From: Gekko japonicus
Taxonomy: Eukaryota
NCBI RefSeq assembly: GCF_001447785.1
Contig: NW_015176486.1
Location: 91,862 to 155,861, forward strand
Reading direction: 5' to 3'
Length of the DNA stretch: 64,000 bases
Made by a program: the position numbers and the translations under genes. Below the pieces are notes generated by a model. That model was not told where the DNA came from. It did not search any database and saw only the letters and a list, made by a program, of their open reading frames with translations. This document shows positions 58,872-64,000 of this stretch, piece after piece; position 1 is the first letter of the stretch; the number at the start of each line of letters is the position of its first letter.

Positions 58872-59509
58872 GTCTACAAGGAATAAAGTTGAGTACTTTG
58901 CGTGTGTACACATGAAAGCTCACACCTTGAATAAAACTTTGTTGGCCTTAAAGGTGCCACTGGACACTAATGTTGTTCTACTTTTTCACCTTGTTCATTT
59001 GAGTGGGAGTGATTTAAGCACTGCTATACCCCTCTCAATGAAATCCACGGCACCTAGATTATGAGAATAGGCATGATCCAGCCAAAGATTTACTGGGATA
59101 TCTTCAAAGCTTCAAGGAAACTGTAACTGTTTTAACAATTTAGTCAAACGTCAAAGAAGTCTGCAGTGAAACTCAGTTGCTCACTGGCTTAAGCATAGCT
59201 TCGGGACAATGTTCAGATGGTGATTATCTGAATAAAGCCACCGGGAGCACCAGAAGTGACTTAATTATAAGAGACCATATTACCCTGTGTGTAACAAGAA
59301 TGGTGATTTAATAAATTACGTGTTTATTGGGTGAAGAAGAGTGACCTAAAAGGAGAAAATTTTAAGCTGTGGATGCTGTATAGAATAAATGACTCTACGC
59401 AACCTCTTAGTGGCAATCATGCCTTAACAGGAGATCACTATACCGAATGTACGTGGCTTCAGTGGACGTTTTGGTAACAGAATGTTGAAATGTGCCCCAC
59501 AGTCTAATG

Positions 59510-59857
59510 GAGATAAAAAAAAATAAGGCCAAGGCCGACGGTGCAAAATCAGGTAAAAATATACTTTATTACTCAATTAAATTTCCAAAAATTCCCTATG
59601 CATTGCGCTGACTGGCTTTTAGGATCTGGATTTCAAATTTTAAGACAATATCTTATTTGTATCATTTTAACTACACTTATGTAAGCTCAGTGTTGTTGTT
59701 AGATATTACAAATTCCCTTGACAAAGCCTGTTGGCGAAACGCGTAGGGAATTTTTGGAAATTCAATTGAGTAATAAAGTATATTTTTACCTGATTTTGCA
59801 CCATCAGCCTTGGCCTTATTTTTTATCTCCTGTGACTGGTGCATCTCTTTATTTTCT
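59510..59857. mobile_element. Penelope-like fragment with ~110-bp inverted repeat and decayed hammerhead
   Basis: 59509-59618 is inverted relative to 59723-59830; gcgaaacgcgta motif; flanked by duplicated tgccccacagtc. Confidence 0.6.
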
Positions 59858-59869
59858 TGCCCCACAGTC

Positions 59870-60386
59870 AAATCAAATCAAATTTATTATTACGGTTCGT
59901 GACCAGCACAAGATCAGTTACAACAATGTAAATGAATCTAATAAGTTTTAGGAAATACGCAATATTTAAAATTACTGAATGGCCTATGCATTCTTAAAAT
60001 CACAAAACAGATTGAACAAAACATTGAACAAAACATCTACATTTTATGATTCAGCTACATTCCGTGTTAATTCCCTGCGGATTCTGCATGATGCTGCAAG
60101 AAATCTGGCACAGGGGAGTGTGAGCTGAGGATTTATGTCTGAAAGGAACTTCCTGGTAATTTCAGATTCAGAGCAGGCAGAAAACCTCCCAAGCAAGGGT
60201 GCAATAATCTTCGCAAGCATTTCCTGGTAGAAACGGAAGTGAAGCAAAATATGCTCATTTGTCTCGACCTTCTCTGCTCCACATGGGCAAACCCTCTCTG
60301 CTAATGGGATCTTCCTATAACGTCCCTCCACTACCACAGAGGGGAGTATATACCATCTAGCCATAGAGTAAGCCCTGCGGTGGGAC
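59870..60386 (-). mobile_element. Non-LTR retrotransposon 3' fragment with (ATTTG)n tail
   Basis: ORF2-like C-terminus GRYRKIPLAERVCPCG..VETNEHILLH..FYQE (decayed zinc knuckle); TSD tgccccacagtc (59858-59869, 60387-60398). Confidence 0.75.
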
Positions 60387-61260
60387 TGCCCCACAGTCTA
60401 ATGCAAGAGTAGGCAAGCGGCATAGCAGACCATTTTGCTAAGGTGCCGGTACTGCAGGGTCCAGCGGTGCAGGAGATGGCCGCAGGGCACGGCTCATGCC
60501 TGTCACCATCACCCAGACCTGCACAGCCATCAGCCAAGGTCAGCGATGCTGCAGTCCCACTGGGGCTTGGTTTGTACAACCCATGGGCCATGTACAACCC
60601 ATACCACCTCCATTCTATCTACCAGGACACCTTCACAGGAAGACAGTGCAATTTCCCCCACACACTTGGCCCAAAAATGTTGCCTATCCCCTGGTCTAGT
60701 GCCCATTCTCCCTCTTCCTCATCATAACTTAAAAATATGAACAAACTCTGTACAATGTAAACAAGTTTTAAAGGGAAAATAAAACATGAAAGCAATACTC
60801 ACCCAAATGAGCTTCCAACAAAAATGTTACCACCTATTACTGAACCAAATGAGCTTTTAACCAAATTCCTACCACCTATTGCTATGCTGTTGTTTGGATT
60901 ATAACTCTTAACCATACTAAACAGAAAGTCTTACTTTAAAAACGCTTATAGTAAAAGCAGAGTGATAACATGATTACGAGGACAGAAACCAATTGTTCTG
61001 GCACAATTTAATGAAAGTAAAAAAAACCTTTGGAAATGGAAGGTTCCACCATTAGAACAGGAAAAGATCCAAAATTGGCTGACAAGGTGTGAAATTTCTA
61101 GAGCCAGCTAAAGAGGTATTCCTTTACCCAAGAGCAATCTCTTATCTTTTTAAAAGGTGATGATGGCTTATATTGCTTTTTACTTCCCTGTAAACCACTA
61201 TGAGTTTCTTTGATGGTCAGAGAAGGATGTAAGCTTTTTTTTTTTTTTTAAAGCAATTTA

Positions 61261-61716
<456 letters not shown>

Positions 61717-63106
61717 CTACAAAGAAAGATGTTTGTAAATGTTTTAAGACAGTACTTTCATTATGACCACTAGGCTTCACACCCCTTCTTAAAGAGTTCT
61801 CTCCAGAACGTAGGTTAATATGACACCACGGAAGATGGGGGATCCCTAACCTAATGGTGCCAAAAATATTTAGAATTTTGATAGCATTACGGAAGTGACA
61901 CTTCCAGTGGATTTCTCCCACCCTCCATGCATTTGCTTACAGACATAATCACACAGTCCTATTAAAGATTCAGGTGGGTAGCAGTAGGCAGGTTGGTCTG
62001 AAGCAGCAAAACAAAGTCTGAGTCCAGTGATGAAGTGTGCTTGCACACGAAAGCTTATACTTTGAATAGAACTTTGTAAGTCTCTTTAAATACAGTCTTA
62101 TCTGCTCACCACAGAAGGTTGGGATGTCCTTTACATTTTAAAGCTTAACTTAGGAAACCATTTATTTCACTTGTCAATATTCCTAAAGGGAATGAGAAAC
62201 TGTCTGCTGTAGCTTTATGCGGGTGAGAAGCTGAGACACCTGGACCTCTAGAACAGCCATGCTACTGCTAAGTTCTGCATCAGTATTCATTCAGGTACCG
62301 TTTCCATTCCTCCTGTTCTTGCATGTAATATTTGAAAGAGCAGAGATGGAAAAGGGTCACTTTCTAAAGACTTTACAAGATTTTTTTTAAAAAAAAACCC
62401 ATACCACAACACTGTTTGAAAGAAGCAGAAATGTTTTGCCAATTCCCTCCAGTGTATAAAAGATATTACAAAATGGCCTATATTGTGCAGAAGGTTCAAG
62501 ATGGGTAGCCGTGTTTGTCTGTCTGTAGAAATAGAAAGGAACAAGAATCCAGTAGCGGCTTACAGACTAACAGAAGAAGTGAGCCGTGACTCACGAAAGA
62601 TCACAGTATAAACACCTCTCACCACTGGGGGGAAGTTTCTTTGGGAATGGCCAGCGTAACCTGAACCCACTTAAAACGGACTGAATGAGGGATCAATTAC
62701 ATGTTACCTTTCTTCATCTGTTTACACTTTTTGTTCAGGCTTGGCCAAGGGCTCCTGCCTCCCCTCCCCAGCAGTTTTTTTGTCTGAAAACTGCACTGCC
62801 ATGTGTGTATGCGCATTATTTTGCTGCTCTGGATGGGTCACCAACCTCCAGGCGGTGGCCAGAGTTCCCCCGCCATTACAACTAATCTCCAGGTGACAGA
62901 GATCAGTTCACCAGGAGGAAACGGTCCCCTTGGAAGGTGAACTCTACGGCATAATACCCTGCTGAGGTCTCCAATCCCTGATCTTCTCAGGATCCACCCC
63001 CCCCCCCAAATCTCTAGGTATTTCCCAGCCTGGAGCGGGGAGGGGGGAGGCAGGAGCCCTTTCCTTCCCCATGGCACTGTTCTGAGCCTGTTTGGGTTCT
63101 CCTTCG

Positions 63107-63131
63107 AAAACAAAACAAAACAAAACAAAAC
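63107..63131. repeat. (AAAAC)n microsatellite
   Basis: Five tandem pentamer units. Confidence 0.85.
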
Positions 63132-64000
63132 AAGAAGCACAAGAAAACAAATGTAAACAAGTGAAGAAAGGTAATATGTTGTTGACCCCTGAGATTCAAC
63201 CATACTTAGGCCAAACCTGCATTTGTCTTTCCCACCGGTGTCCCAGCCTTTTGACTCCGTCTTCAAAAAAGCTGTCTACATTTGGTGTCGTTTTCGCACC
63301 TCAACAGTGCATACACATCCGCATATGGTTATCGCCCTTTCGGGGCGGCTCCACTGTCATTGCACCTCCGCACTGCTTTAAAAGAATCTTCTCCAAACAA
63401 CATTCAAACAAGCATAGAGAAAGACGGCATCACAGCAGCACAAAACGGATTTAAAAATGCAAATGCAGATTTGACCTTAGTTGTCTCCCAATGGAATGTA
63501 CTGAAAATACTAAAGGAATGTACTGAAAATACTGAAGCCCAGCAAAGGTAAGAACTTTTTCAGTTTCAACCAATTAAGCATGTGAGTTACAAGTGGCTGC
63601 AACATCATCCACCAGTTTTCCTCTCCATCCTAAGCATTTACTTGCTTGCTTATTTCATTTAGGGTCTGCCATTATCACAGAGAAAGGTGGTTCCTGGTGC
63701 CAAACATACACGTCGACAGACCTCCAAGGAAAAGAGGGAGTGATCGCTCTCCCTTTCCTCTTTGATCGACTCCCTTTTATGCCTCCTGCCATCCAAACCC
63801 ACTGAGTGATCATTTATACCTAGGGCAGCTGTTCCAGGACAGGTCTCAATGCCAAGTCTGTCTTAATGGGAACTCTGCAAAACAGATGCTGTGAGGATTT
63901 CCCAATTATAGAAGCCGACTCCTCTACCAACATCCAACTATTTGGCAATCAATTAATTAACTTGCACACTATTAGCTCATACTGCCAGTGTTTCCAAACT

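Noticed and set aside
61717-64000. Further PPARA exon (hinge region, AIRFGRMP...)
   Set aside because: No matching translation found; it must lie beyond the window

Overview
Vertebrate genomic DNA, almost certainly a squamate reptile (repeat complement looks gecko-like: Squam3-type, Sauria-type and 5S-derived SINEs, CR1, Penelope-like ends, hAT/Harbinger MITEs). The window is the conserved TTC38 - PKDREJ - CDPF1 - PPARA synteny block: the 5' end of TTC38 (minus, only 14 nt of an exon at the left edge), two intact, intronless, head-to-tail PKDREJ-family genes (copy A ~11914-19539, copy B ~21991-29898), the complete CDPF1 gene (plus, three coding exons) and the last two coding exons of PPARA (minus). 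The most interesting element is the PKDREJ pair. Copy B looks like the canonical orthologue (conserved pore region, ...RKMVYLVV tail). Copy A is an old paralogue with a remodelled S5-pore-S6 segment, two arginines in S6, an optimal furin site in the GPS region, a shorter cytoplasmic loop, and a frameshifted C-terminus whose ancestral tail is still readable out of frame. Non-coding DNA is mostly transposon-derived, with nested insertions, two solo LTRs and Penelope-type hammerhead ribozyme motifs. All comparisons to human proteins are from memory and by eye; no alignments or searches were run.
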